Notes under the pieces: model-generated
Database searches by the model: none
The model's input: only the letters and a program-made list of their open reading frames with translations
What the model was told of the DNA's origin: nothing
Part shown: positions 9,446 to 18,886 of the stretch, one piece after another
Layout of the letters: every line of letters starts with the position of its first letter
Position numbering within the stretch: position 1 is the stretch's first letter
NCBI GenBank assembly: GCA_965218585.1
Contig: CBDCLE010000005.1
Coordinates: forward strand, 136,320 to 200,319
Direction: 5' to 3'
Source: Terriglobia bacterium
Lineage (GTDB): Bacteria; Acidobacteriota; Terriglobia; 20CM-2-55-15
Length of the DNA: 64,000 bases
Program-made: the position numbers and the translations under genes

Positions 9446-10218
9446 GAGCGTTTCTTTCCCGAAGCGTTCTTTGATCCCGGACCGGCTCGGGGCGAACTCT
9501 TCTTTCCGTAACGACTATAAAATTTCTCCACCTCGGCGTCTGTAAGATGGCGGGATTCTCCTGACTTAAGTTTCTTGTCTTCCAGAAAACCGATTCGCGT
9601 TCGGCGCAGTTTCATGACGGAGTGCCCAATAGCCTCGAACATTCGCCGAATCTGCCGATTTCGTCCCTGGCGTAGCGTGACTTCATACCACGTGTTGTCT
9701 CCGGAACGGAAAACTTCGATCTCACATCTCGATGTCCGTACGTCGGTCAGCCGGATTCCTCTTCTCAGGCGGTTGAGCTGAGCGTCGCTAGGAACGCCGG
9801 AAACCTTCACCTGGTAGACCTTTTCTGCGTTTCCCGCCTGGGTCATGAAACGTGTCAACTCCCCGTCGTTGGTCAGAACCAGAAGGCCTTCCGAGGCAAA
9901 GTCGAGACGTCCCACCGGATACACCTTGTCCTGCAGTCGCTTCTCGATGAGATCGGTGACAGTCCGCCGTCCGCCTGGATCATCACGCGTCGACAGGACG
10001 TTTTTCGGCTTGTTCAGAAGCAGATAGACGGGTTTGCCCGGGGATCGGAGGCGCTTGCCATCCAGGGTGATCACGTCAACGCGGGGATCGGCTTTCACAC
10101 CCATCTCGCGGATGATCTCGCCGTTGACGCGAACCCGGCCCTCTTTAATGATCTTCTCCGCATTCCGCCGGGACGCCACACCGGCGTGTGCCAGGATTTT
10201 TTGTAACCGATCCTGCAC
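9442..10218 (-). CDS. rluB: rRNA pseudouridine synthase (RluB/RsuA family)
   Basis: S4 domain RLQKILAHAGVASRR; YPVGRLD and GRNRQIRRM motifs. Confidence 0.88.
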   Translation of the reverse strand: MQDRLQKILAHAGVASRRNAEKIIKEGRVRVNGEIIREMGVKADPRVDVITLDGKRLRSPGKPVYLLLNKPKNVLSTRDDPGGRRTVTDLIEKRLQDKVYPVGRLDFASEGLLVLTNDGELTRFMTQAGNAEKVYQVKVSGVPSDAQLNRLRRGIRLTDVRTSRCEIEVFRSGDNTWYEVTLRQGRNRQIRRMFEAIGHSVMKLRRTRIGFLEDKKLKSGESRHLTDAEVEKFYSRYGKKSSPRAGPGSKNASGKKRS

Positions 10219-10278
10219 TATACGGATTCCAAGGATGGGTTCATTGGTAGAGATTACACGGGTCCGGACTGAACCGGG

Positions 10279-10893
10279 TTACTCGGCGGCCTCTTCCTCG
10301 ACGGGTTCGTTCTCCGCCTCGCCTTCCTCCAACGGAAGTTCAGCCTGTTCGGAGTGCTCGGATTTGATCAGCTCCTCGAACTCTTCCATGCTGGGTAACT
10401 CGTCCAGGTTTTTGAGGCCGAAGTGGACCAGGAAGCTGCGCGTGGTCTTGTAGAGGATGGGGCGGCCGACGACGTCTTTGCGTCCTGCAGCGGTGACCAG
10501 CTTTCTATCCAGCAAGGTCTTGATCACGCCTGATGCATGAACACCACGGACTTCCTGGATTTCCGGGATCGTAATCGGCTGTCTATATGCGATCACGGCG
10601 AGAGTTTCGAGCGCCGCGAGTGAAAGGCGGGTCGGAGGGACCAGGCTTCTGGCGAATTTCTTCAGAACTTCATGGTGCTCCGGTTTCGTGGAAAAGCGGT
10701 ATCCATCTGCAACTTCACGTACTTCGATTCCGTGGGCTGTTGACTGAAAGCGTTCTACAAGGGCATTCAGTTCATCTGCGAGCTCGGCGGGCGGAACCGC
10801 TGGCAGCGCTTTCTGGATCTGCTTCAGTCGGACGGGCTCGTCGGCGAGGTAGATAATCGCCTCAAGCAAAGCTGAAAGATTGGGATCGCTCAT
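10279..10893 (-). CDS. scpB: SMC-Scp complex subunit ScpB
   Basis: LEAIIY, LSLAALETLAVIAYRQPIT and GRPILYKTT motifs. Start chosen at ATG 10893. Confidence 0.95.
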   Translation of the reverse strand: MSDPNLSALLEAIIYLADEPVRLKQIQKALPAVPPAELADELNALVERFQSTAHGIEVREVADGYRFSTKPEHHEVLKKFARSLVPPTRLSLAALETLAVIAYRQPITIPEIQEVRGVHASGVIKTLLDRKLVTAAGRKDVVGRPILYKTTRSFLVHFGLKNLDELPSMEEFEELIKSEHSEQAELPLEEGEAENEPVEEEAAE

Positions 10894-11611
10894 GCTTCGG
10901 GTTTGCTCGCAAGTGGATGTCTCCGAACGCATCCTTTTGACCGATCTGAATCGCACGAATCCGGGCAAGCTCCAGAAGTGCGAGAAACGCTGTTATCAAA
11001 GCCTTTCTGGTCGAGAACCGCTCCATCAACTTAGTGAAGAGGAGGCCGGAGGGTGCAGCGTCGAGGCGTTGCAGCATTAAGGCGGCCATTTCCTCGACCG
11101 AAAACTCTTCTCTCTCGACATCCAGGGACGGACGTTCTTCGAATCGCTTCAGGACGTCACGGAAAACCGCAAGCATGTCGAAGAGTGTAGCCGTGACCTC
11201 GGGTTCGAGTTCGCTCTGCTCGACGTCCAGACTCCCCGGGCGAGTCCAGGCGGACTTTTCGACGAGTTCCCTCTGGTAAAGCATCTCGGCTGCATTCTTG
11301 AACTTCTCATGTTCAAGGAGCCTTCTGACTAGCTCTGCCCGGGGATCTTCCTCTTCTTCCAGATCTCGATCCGGGTCTGGAGGCAGCAGCATGCGCGATT
11401 TGATGTAGATCAATTGTGCCGCTATCACCAGAAACTCGGAAGCCGTATCCACGTTCATCTCCTTCATCAGATGGAGATAGTCCAGGTATTGGGATGTGAC
11501 GTCGGCAATAGGAATATCGTAGATGTCGAGTTTCTGCCGGCGAATGAGGTCCAGCAAAAGATCAAGCGGACCTTCGTACAGAGAGAGCTTGATTTTGAGT
11601 TCTTCTGCCAT
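10862..11611 (-). CDS. scpA: Segregation and condensation protein A
   Basis: YEGPLDLLLDLI, IKSRMLLP, DPRAELV and FLALLEL motifs. Confidence 0.95.
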   Translation of the reverse strand: MAEELKIKLSLYEGPLDLLLDLIRRQKLDIYDIPIADVTSQYLDYLHLMKEMNVDTASEFLVIAAQLIYIKSRMLLPPDPDRDLEEEEDPRAELVRRLLEHEKFKNAAEMLYQRELVEKSAWTRPGSLDVEQSELEPEVTATLFDMLAVFRDVLKRFEERPSLDVEREEFSVEEMAALMLQRLDAAPSGLLFTKLMERFSTRKALITAFLALLELARIRAIQIGQKDAFGDIHLRANPKHERSQSFSFA

Positions 11612-11618
11612 TGAACTA

Positions 11619-12602
11619 TTAGAGTTTCATCGCGTCGCGAACTTCCGACATGGTCTCGTCGGCGGCTGAACGCGCACGACTGGCTCCAACGTCGAGGACC
11701 TCCAGGACTTCGGCCCTGTTTTCGTCGTAATGGACGCGCCGTTCGTAAATCGGCCCGAGCTTTTCCTGATGGCTCTCAAACAGCCAACCCTTACATTCCA
11801 CACAGCCTATTCCCGCGCTGCGACAACCTTGGTCCACGTCCTGGAGCTTTTTTTCATCGGAAAAGACCTTGTGGTAGTCGAACACGGGACAGACTTCGGG
11901 ATTTCCGGGATCCGTGCGCCTCTTGCGAGCCGGATCAGTCATCATCGTCAGCATCGATTTCTTTACGGTCTCGGGCGGGTCCCCGATAGCGATCGTGTTG
12001 CCGTAGCTCTTGCTCATTTTCCGCCCGTCGGTTCCGGGTAGTTTGGGCGTTTGGGCCAGCAGCGCTTTCGGCTCGGGGAAAACCTTCGCATAAATTCGAT
12101 TGAAGCGGCGAGCGATCTCCCGGGTCAATTCGACGTGAGCGACCTGGTCCTCCCCGACGGGAACGCCGATCGCCTTGTAGATGAGGATGTCTGCGGACTG
12201 GAGCACGGGGTATCCAAGGAAACCGTAGGTATTGATATCGTGATCGATGTTTTCCTGTAACTCCTTGTAGGAGGGTACACGCTCCAGCCAGCCCAGAGGC
12301 GTGACCATCGAGAGCAGCAAGTGCAGTTCAGAATGTTCCAGGACGCTGGACTGCAGGAATATCGTCGATCTGTCCGGGTCCAGGCCGGCGGCCAGAAAGT
12401 CGATCGCAACCTGAATCGAGCTTTCCCGGAAGTTGTTGCCGCTGTCGAAGTCCGTGGTGAGTGCGTGCCAGTCTGCAACAAAACAGAAATTTTCGTACTC
12501 GTCCTGGAGGTGGACCCAATTTTCCAACGCACCTACGTAGTTGCCCAGGTGCAATCGGCCGGTTGGACGCATCCCGCTGAGTACGCGTTTCTTTACCACC
12601 AA
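11619..12602 (-). CDS. trpS: Tryptophan--tRNA ligase
   Basis: SGMRPTGRLHLGN, YPVLQSADIL, VPVGEDQ and KMSKS motifs. Confidence 0.97.
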   Translation of the reverse strand: MVVKKRVLSGMRPTGRLHLGNYVGALENWVHLQDEYENFCFVADWHALTTDFDSGNNFRESSIQVAIDFLAAGLDPDRSTIFLQSSVLEHSELHLLLSMVTPLGWLERVPSYKELQENIDHDINTYGFLGYPVLQSADILIYKAIGVPVGEDQVAHVELTREIARRFNRIYAKVFPEPKALLAQTPKLPGTDGRKMSKSYGNTIAIGDPPETVKKSMLTMMTDPARKRRTDPGNPEVCPVFDYHKVFSDEKKLQDVDQGCRSAGIGCVECKGWLFESHQEKLGPIYERRVHYDENRAEVLEVLDVGASRARSAADETMSEVRDAMKL

Positions 12603-12609
12603 TAAACCA

Positions 12610-13284
12610 CTAATAAACGAGGAAGGATTGCACCACCCCGATCACCGGATTGAACAGGTACCAGGGAATGCCGAGATACAGCAGTCCGATCAGAATCACA
12701 AAACCGTAGCTCTGTAGCATGTTAAAGCCGCGTGACAGTGACTCGGGGAGGAGACCACCGAGGACGGCGGCCCCATCGAGTGGCGCTACAGGGATCATGT
12801 TGAAGATGGCGAGGATCAAGTTGATCATCACGCCGAAGTAGGCCATGGAAACCAGCGCGGGGACCACTCCGTCGCCGGGGACCCCTCGAACAACCTGATT
12901 TAGAATCAGTCCCATCGCAGGCGACGTCGACTTCATGAGCAGAAGCACACCCAGGAGTCCACTGGCCATCAGCAGATTGCTCACTGGGCCCGCCGCGGCA
13001 ACCAGCATGTAGTCACGCCTCGGGTTGTTCAGGCGGGCGACGTTGACGGGAACGGGCTTCGCCCAGCCGAAGATGATCCCACCGATCATGAAACCCATAA
13101 GCGGGAATAGAAATGTCCCGAAGAAATCAGCATGAACCAGCGGATTGAACGAGATCCGGCCCAGATGTCGAGCCGTGGGATCGCCAAGTCGGTCCGCGCT
13201 CCACGCGTGTGCGGACTCGTGGATGCTGAGTGACACGAGCAGAACGATAAGTGACGATACCAGCGATACGAGGTCGATATTCAT
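12610..13284 (-). CDS. Site-2 protease family (M50) membrane metalloprotease
   Basis: HESAH zinc motif; GWAKPVPVN, AAAGPVSN and FNMIPVAPLDG motifs. Confidence 0.92.
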   Translation of the reverse strand: MNIDLVSLVSSLIVLLVSLSIHESAHAWSADRLGDPTARHLGRISFNPLVHADFFGTFLFPLMGFMIGGIIFGWAKPVPVNVARLNNPRRDYMLVAAAGPVSNLLMASGLLGVLLLMKSTSPAMGLILNQVVRGVPGDGVVPALVSMAYFGVMINLILAIFNMIPVAPLDGAAVLGGLLPESLSRGFNMLQSYGFVILIGLLYLGIPWYLFNPVIGVVQSFLVY

Positions 13285-13358
13285 CGGGATCAATGCTAGC
13301 ACACAGGTTGGGAGAGATAAGGTCCGATCATCCGACTGCCTGCCGCCTCGACTTCGCC

Positions 13359-13779
13359 TTAATTCGGGGACAGTGAGCAATTAATTCAGGACTTGCAGCC
13401 CTCGCTCAAACGGTCATCCTGACCGAGCGAGGTTCGCCGCCCGAAGTCTCGGGACTGCGGGCCCTTTCTGTTCTTTTGACGTAACGTTCTGGTTCCTTCA
13501 AAAGGGCTTGCGATTATCCGATGGCGTGGGGGGACCGGACCGGCGCTCGAGCTCCCGAGAACACATCGAATCGCGAAAAGGTCAGTGCGCTCTCCACGGG
13601 CTAGTCTATTGGGACGGTGGGCCCGACCTGCTTTCACATAGAAGACTCAGACAGGACGTCTGAAGAACGATCGAGCGAAATCTTCGTCGCTTAATTCGGG
13701 GACAGTGAGCAAATTCGCGTCGTCGGGATTCCGCACGAAGTCGCGAGTATCCTGAAATTGCTCACTGTCCCCGAATTAA
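13359..13779. repeat. Composite repeat locus: TTAATTCGGGGACAGTGAGCAA units (subfamily 2) enclosing a split copy of the structured repeat
   Basis: Direct copies at 13359-13380 and 13691-13712, inverted copy at 13758-13779. Segments 13451-13514 and 13647-13685 match repeat copies A and B. Confidence 0.88.
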
Positions 13780-13789
13780 CACCAACTGC

Positions 13790-13798
13790 TGCTATAAT
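13790..13798 (+). promoter_or_regulatory. Extended -10 promoter TGcTATAAT, 6 nt before ccsA ATG
   Basis: Perfect TGn-TATAAT; no Shine-Dalgarno. Confidence 0.7.
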
Positions 13799-13804
13799 TT
13801 GGCC

Positions 13805-14620
13805 ATGCACGTCGTGCTGCTGAGAGTCGCTTTGGCCTTCTATTCAGTGGGCTTACTGCATTCAGTCGTTTCGGTTCTCAGTAAAAAATACACCCTGTTT
13901 CGCGCAAGCCTCTACGCGGTTATGGCGGGCTTTGTCTGCCAGGCGGTCTCGATCATTCTGCGGGCCACTGAACTCAACTACATGCCATTGGGTCAGCGTT
14001 ATGAGGCTTTCTCATTTTTCGCTGTCCTGGGTGCCATGGGATATCTCATCGCGTATGCCCGGTACAGAATCGCAACGCTGAGCATATTTGTGTTCCCACT
14101 GATTTTTATTCTGACGTTTATTGCGAACGTCGCCTACGACCCATCGAGTTCGATTCCTCCGGCAATCCAGAGCAATTGGATTTATGTTCACACGCCTTTG
14201 ATTTTCCTGGGATACGCAGCTCTGTTTATCTGTTTTGCAGGGTCGACGATGTACCTGATTCAGGAACGGGAACTGAAATTGAAGCATCATTCCCTCTTCT
14301 ACTATCGGTTGCCTTCACTGGAAATTTGCGACGACCTTTCGTATCGTTCTCTGGCCATTGGGTTTCCCCTGATCACGCTCGGCCTGGTTTCCGGAGCCCT
14401 TTGGGCTCAATCGGCCTGGGGAACCGTGTGGGGGGGCGACCTGAAGATCCTGTTGTCTCTGTTTACGTGGCTCATCTATCTCCTGTTGATCCACTATCGG
14501 TTCATTGCGGGTTGGCGGGGGAAGCGGGCGGCTTATCTGGCAATTGCAGGGTTCGTCAGTGTGCTGGTGTCTTTTCTTGGGGCAAATTATTTCGGGGGAC
14601 TTCATTCGTTCACACAGTGA
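13805..14620 (+). CDS. ccsA: Cytochrome c biogenesis protein CcsA/HemX-like membrane protein
   Basis: Multiple TM helices; WIYVH, MYLIQERELK, LPSLE, GALWAQ and GWRGKRAA motifs; directly upstream of hemA. Confidence 0.85.
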   Translation: MHVVLLRVALAFYSVGLLHSVVSVLSKKYTLFRASLYAVMAGFVCQAVSIILRATELNYMPLGQRYEAFSFFAVLGAMGYLIAYARYRIATLSIFVFPLIFILTFIANVAYDPSSSIPPAIQSNWIYVHTPLIFLGYAALFICFAGSTMYLIQERELKLKHHSLFYYRLPSLEICDDLSYRSLAIGFPLITLGLVSGALWAQSAWGTVWGGDLKILLSLFTWLIYLLLIHYRFIAGWRGKRAAYLAIAGFVSVLVSFLGANYFGGLHSFTQ

Positions 14621-14656
14621 GCAGAGTGGTTCGGTGAACCCGGTCGGTTAAATCTT

Positions 14657-15913
14657 ATGCAACTGGCGCTAGTTGGGTTGAGTCACAAGACAGCTCCGGT
14701 GGAAATCCGGGAGCGACTCGCCTTCGAAAACGGAGACATGGGTGGCGCTCTTCGTTCCCTGGTGTCATGCGACGGAATCTCTGAAGCGATGATCCTATCG
14801 ACCTGCAATCGGGTCGAGCTTCTCGTTGAAGCCTCGGATGAAGCCCAGGCTCGAGATTTCCTCTGTTCGTATCATCGCGTAGCATCGGATAGCATTGCCA
14901 ACCATCTATACACCCTCCGGAACAACGACGTCATCCGCCATGTCTTCCGGGTTGCCTCGAGCCTCGACTCGATGATTATTGGTGAGCCCCAGATTCTCGG
15001 TCAGGTGAAAGAAGCCTACCGTCTTGCTGCCGACGCGGGCACCGTTGGAGTGAACATCGGCTCGGTGATGGATCGGGCTTTCCTTGTCGCAAAGAAGGTG
15101 CGGAGCGAAACCGGTATCGCCCAGTCGGCTGTTTCTGTAAGTTATGCCGCCGTCGAACTCGCCCGGAAGATCTTCGGGGGCCTCGAAGCCAAGAGTGTGA
15201 TGATTATCGGTGCCAGTAAGATGGGGGAGCTCTCGGCCAAGCATCTCAAACGGGTCGGCGTGTCCAGGGTTCTGGTAACCAATCGCACGTTTGAGCACGC
15301 CGTCGAGATGGCTCAGATCTTTGATGGTGCGGCGATTCCGTTTGAGCACCTTAATGACCATATCGACAGGGCCGATATCGTAATAAGTTCAACCGGCGCC
15401 CCGCATTTCGTTATCACCAAACCCCAGGCGGAGCACATCATGCGCGAGAGGAGGAACCGGCCGATGTTTTTTATCGACATCGCAGTTCCGCGCGACATCG
15501 ATCCCGCTGTCAACGAAATCGACAACCTCTTCCTATACGACATCGATGACCTCCAGCAGGTGGTTGATGACAACATGAAGGAGAGGATGAGCGAAGCCGG
15601 ACGCGCCGAAGAAATCGTCGACAGCGAAGTGGAAGCCTTTTACTCGAAGCTGCGATCGCGCGAAGTCGTTCCCACGATCGTCGAGCTCAGGGAAGCTCTG
15701 GAAAAACTCCGACGTGATGAGATAGAGCGGAACCGCAAGCAGCTGGGCCCGATGAACGCCGAGCAGCAGGAAGCTTTGGAACGGATCACCCAGTCTATGA
15801 TCAACAAGATCCTTCACCATCCGATCACACAACTCAAGGATATGGCCCACCATCCTGAAGGGCCTGAATACGTCAAGTTCGTCCGAAAGATATTCAATGT
15901 CAAAGACCAGTAG
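14657..15913 (+). CDS. hemA: Glutamyl-tRNA reductase
   Basis: GLSHKTAPVEIRE, LSTCNRVE, SLDSMIIGEPQILGQVK and IDIAVPRDI motifs. Confidence 0.98.
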   Translation: MQLALVGLSHKTAPVEIRERLAFENGDMGGALRSLVSCDGISEAMILSTCNRVELLVEASDEAQARDFLCSYHRVASDSIANHLYTLRNNDVIRHVFRVASSLDSMIIGEPQILGQVKEAYRLAADAGTVGVNIGSVMDRAFLVAKKVRSETGIAQSAVSVSYAAVELARKIFGGLEAKSVMIIGASKMGELSAKHLKRVGVSRVLVTNRTFEHAVEMAQIFDGAAIPFEHLNDHIDRADIVISSTGAPHFVITKPQAEHIMRERRNRPMFFIDIAVPRDIDPAVNEIDNLFLYDIDDLQQVVDDNMKERMSEAGRAEEIVDSEVEAFYSKLRSREVVPTIVELREALEKLRRDEIERNRKQLGPMNAEQQEALERITQSMINKILHHPITQLKDMAHHPEGPEYVKFVRKIFNVKDQ

Positions 15914-16835
15914 CGAGCTCAGGCTTGGTACGCGCGGTAGCGCGCTGGCATTGTGGCAGGCAAACTGGGCGCAGTCCGAGCTGGAACGCCGGGTTCGGGG
16001 CCTCAAGGTCGAAATTCTTCCTATTAAAACGACGGGCGATCGTATTCAGGATGTGCCGCTGGCCCAGGTCGGTGGAAAGGGTCTTTTTACCAAAGAACTC
16101 GACGAGGCCCTTCTCGACGGCCGGATCGATTTCGCTGTGCACAGCCTGAAGGACCTCCCGTTTCGGTTGCCGGAAGGAACCCTTCTTGCCGCGGTTACGA
16201 AACGGGAAGACCCCAGGGACGCGCTCGTGTCCAAAGGTGTGAGCCTCAAAGACATGCCCTCGGGGGCACGTGTGGGTACCGGCAGCCTTCGCCGTCAGGC
16301 GCAGCTGCGGCATCGGTTCCCCTCCCTCGATGTCGTCCCGATTCGGGGAAACGTCGACACGCGTTTGAAAAAACTCGATGCAGGCGATTATGAAGGGATC
16401 ATCCTGGCCGCTGCAGGTCTGAAGCGACTTGGACACAAGAACCGCATCACAGAGTACCTCGGGTCCGAGGTCATGCTGTCAGCAGTCGGGCAGGGTGCGC
16501 TGGGAATTGTCTGCCGCAGCGAAGACACCCCCACCCGGGAGGCGCTCGAGGTTCTCGAAGACGCGGACACGCATCAAGCTGTCGTTGCCGAGAGGGCTCT
16601 TATGGCCAGCCTGGACGGGAGTTGCCAGGTGCCGATCGCGGGTCATGCCCGCATCGAAGGAGACGAGATTGTCTTAGACGGCCTGATCGCAAGCCTGGAT
16701 GGTGAACAAGTGATCGCCGACTCGGCCCGCGGCCCCCGGTCCAATCCCTCCGACATAGGAGAGGACCTGGGACGTCGACTCCGGGCCGGGGGAGCAGACG
16801 CCGTCTTGGACGAGATCCGCCGGCATGGGGCTTGA
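15897..16835 (+). CDS. hemC: Hydroxymethylbilane synthase
   Basis: GTRGSALALWQA, GGKGLFTKE, AVHSLKD, RGNVDTRL and GSCQVPI motifs. Confidence 0.98.
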   Translation: MSKTSSELRLGTRGSALALWQANWAQSELERRVRGLKVEILPIKTTGDRIQDVPLAQVGGKGLFTKELDEALLDGRIDFAVHSLKDLPFRLPEGTLLAAVTKREDPRDALVSKGVSLKDMPSGARVGTGSLRRQAQLRHRFPSLDVVPIRGNVDTRLKKLDAGDYEGIILAAAGLKRLGHKNRITEYLGSEVMLSAVGQGALGIVCRSEDTPTREALEVLEDADTHQAVVAERALMASLDGSCQVPIAGHARIEGDEIVLDGLIASLDGEQVIADSARGPRSNPSDIGEDLGRRLRAGGADAVLDEIRRHGA

Positions 16836-17586
16836 AGGCAAGACGGTTCTGGTGACCCGATCTCTTTCCCAGAGCCGGGAGCTTGGAAGCCTGCTTGAAG
16901 GGCTCGGGGCCAAAGTCGTCTCGATTCCAACGATAGCGATTGGCCCACCTGAAACCTGGGACCCCGTCGATTATGCGATCAAACGCATCGCTGATTTCGA
17001 CTGGATAATCTTCACAAGCGCCAACTCTGTCGATGCTTTTCTCGACCGGGCGGGAAGCCTGTCCGGTTCGTCCGGTTTGAAGGTTGCTGCAGTGGGTAGC
17101 CAGACTGCCCGACGGCTCGAAGAGCGGGAACTGAAGGCTGACCTCGTTCCGGAGGACTTCCGCGCCGAAGGCCTCATCAAACACTTTCCTGAAGATCTGA
17201 CCCGCACCCGAATCTTACTGCCAAGAGCCGAGACCGGTACCGATTTGCTTCCGGACACGCTCACCGGCCGAGGCGCACAGGTGGATGTTGTCGCGGTCTA
17301 CAGGAATGAGATGCCGACCACAGGCGGCGACGAACTGCGTGCTCTCCTCGCAGCCGGCACCATTGATTGCATCACGCTCACCAGCGGCTCTACTGCAAAG
17401 AACCTGGTTCGAATGCTGGCCACTTCAGATAACGTGATCTCCCTCGAGGGGCCCGCCGTGGCAGTCATCGGGCCTGTGACCCGCCAGGCGGTGCTCCAAC
17501 TGGGTCTTCATGTGGATATCGAACCCGAGATGGCCACAATTCCTGCTCTGGTAGACGCTATCCAACATTATTTCGAAACGAAATAA
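16825..17586 (+). CDS. hemD: Uroporphyrinogen-III synthase
   Basis: VLVTR, WIIFTSANSV, AAVGSQTA, LTSGSTA and VIGPVT motifs; follows hemC. Confidence 0.93.
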   Translation: MGLEGKTVLVTRSLSQSRELGSLLEGLGAKVVSIPTIAIGPPETWDPVDYAIKRIADFDWIIFTSANSVDAFLDRAGSLSGSSGLKVAAVGSQTARRLEERELKADLVPEDFRAEGLIKHFPEDLTRTRILLPRAETGTDLLPDTLTGRGAQVDVVAVYRNEMPTTGGDELRALLAAGTIDCITLTSGSTAKNLVRMLATSDNVISLEGPAVAVIGPVTRQAVLQLGLHVDIEPEMATIPALVDAIQHYFETK

Positions 17587-17662
17587 GAACGGTCATAATG
17601 TCGTCACCATGCTCGGATGTCGTTGAGAGTCGCGGTGACCGACACGCAGGTGGGAGATACAG

Positions 17663-18088
17663 ATGATTATCTATGGTGTTGCATTGTTGTCCGGTTGCCT
17701 CTTCCTTGGCATGCTGGCCGGAGAGGCTCTTGGAGTGTTGCTAGGAGTCAGCGCCAACGTTGGAGGTGTCGGCATAGCGATGGTGCTGCTGGTACTGGCT
17801 TCGAACTCCAATCGCATGAAATCCCTCGTTGATGGAGCCTCGGGCAATGGGATCAAGTTCTGGGGCGCGATGTACATCCCCATAGTCGTCGCTATGGCCG
17901 CAAGTCAGAACGTAGCGGGAGCCGCAGCCGGAGGCTTGATCGCATTGGTCGCGGGGAGCGCTGCAGTGGTTGTGAGTTTTGCACTGGTCCCCGTTCTCAG
18001 CCGATTGGGGTCGGGACGTAGCCCCGGCCACGACAAAGATCGAAAGGCTTCTCGGGACGATTCCGGTCCGGACACGGGGGCGGTGTAA
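17663..18088 (+). CDS. madL: Malonate transporter subunit MadL
   Basis: MIIYGVALL, ANVGGVGIAM and FWGAMYIPIVVAMAASQNV motifs. Confidence 0.92.
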   Translation: MIIYGVALLSGCLFLGMLAGEALGVLLGVSANVGGVGIAMVLLVLASNSNRMKSLVDGASGNGIKFWGAMYIPIVVAMAASQNVAGAAAGGLIALVAGSAAVVVSFALVPVLSRLGSGRSPGHDKDRKASRDDSGPDTGAV

Positions 18089-18846
18089 TGGACTTGCTGT
18101 TGAAAGTTGCCGAGAGAAACGATCTCGTCGTTGCTTTCGCCGTCGTGGGCGCTACCGTCTGGATTTCCTACTTCATAGCGGACAAGCTCACTCGTGGCCG
18201 TATCCATGGTTCGGCCATAGCCATCGTGGCAGGTCTCGTCGCCGCCTACTGGGGTGGGAAACTGACCGGCGGTCAGGTCGGCGCGGCCAATCTTCCTTTT
18301 CTGACAGGCATCGGTATCATGGGCGGAGGCATGCTGCGGGACTTCGCCATCGTCGCCACTGCGTTCGGTGTCCACCTGAGTGAATTGAGGAAAGCGGGAT
18401 TTGCCGGCGTGATCTCAATCTTTGCCGGTGTCGTGGTGTCGTTTGCCGTCGGTGCGATCGCGGCAGTTTCGTTTGGATACACTGATGCCGTCAGCATCAC
18501 AACCATCGGTGCGGGTGCGGTGACCTACATTGTGGGCCCTGTTACCGGTGACGCCATCGGAGCCAGCAACTCTATCATCGCGCTCAGCGTCGCTGCCGGA
18601 CTCGTTAAGTCAATCCTGGTCATGATCGGAACGCCATTGGTCGCGCGTCACATCGGCCTGGACAACCCGCAATCCGCCATGGTCTTCGGGGGGTTGATGG
18701 GCACGACCAGTGGTGTCGCCGGTGGTCTGGCCGCAACCGATCCCAAACTGGTGCCCTACGGGGCGATGACGGCGACGTTCTATACCGGCCTGGGTGCGTT
18801 GATGGCTCCATCAGTTCTGTTCCTGATCGTCAGAGCTCTCACCTGA
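18088..18846 (+). CDS. madM: Malonate transporter subunit MadM
   Basis: GRIHGSAIAI, GGGMLRDFAIVATAFG, GAGAVTYIVGPVTG and LVPYGAMTATFYTG motifs. Confidence 0.93.
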   Translation: MDLLLKVAERNDLVVAFAVVGATVWISYFIADKLTRGRIHGSAIAIVAGLVAAYWGGKLTGGQVGAANLPFLTGIGIMGGGMLRDFAIVATAFGVHLSELRKAGFAGVISIFAGVVVSFAVGAIAAVSFGYTDAVSITTIGAGAVTYIVGPVTGDAIGASNSIIALSVAAGLVKSILVMIGTPLVARHIGLDNPQSAMVFGGLMGTTSGVAGGLAATDPKLVPYGAMTATFYTGLGALMAPSVLFLIVRALT

Positions 18847-18886
18847 TCGATGCCAAAGCATCAGAAACGAAAGCCACAGTGAAAAG

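Noticed and set aside
13359-13779. Possible CRISPR array
   Set aside because: Only two direct copies about 310 bp apart plus one inverted copy; no regular spacers and no cas genes.
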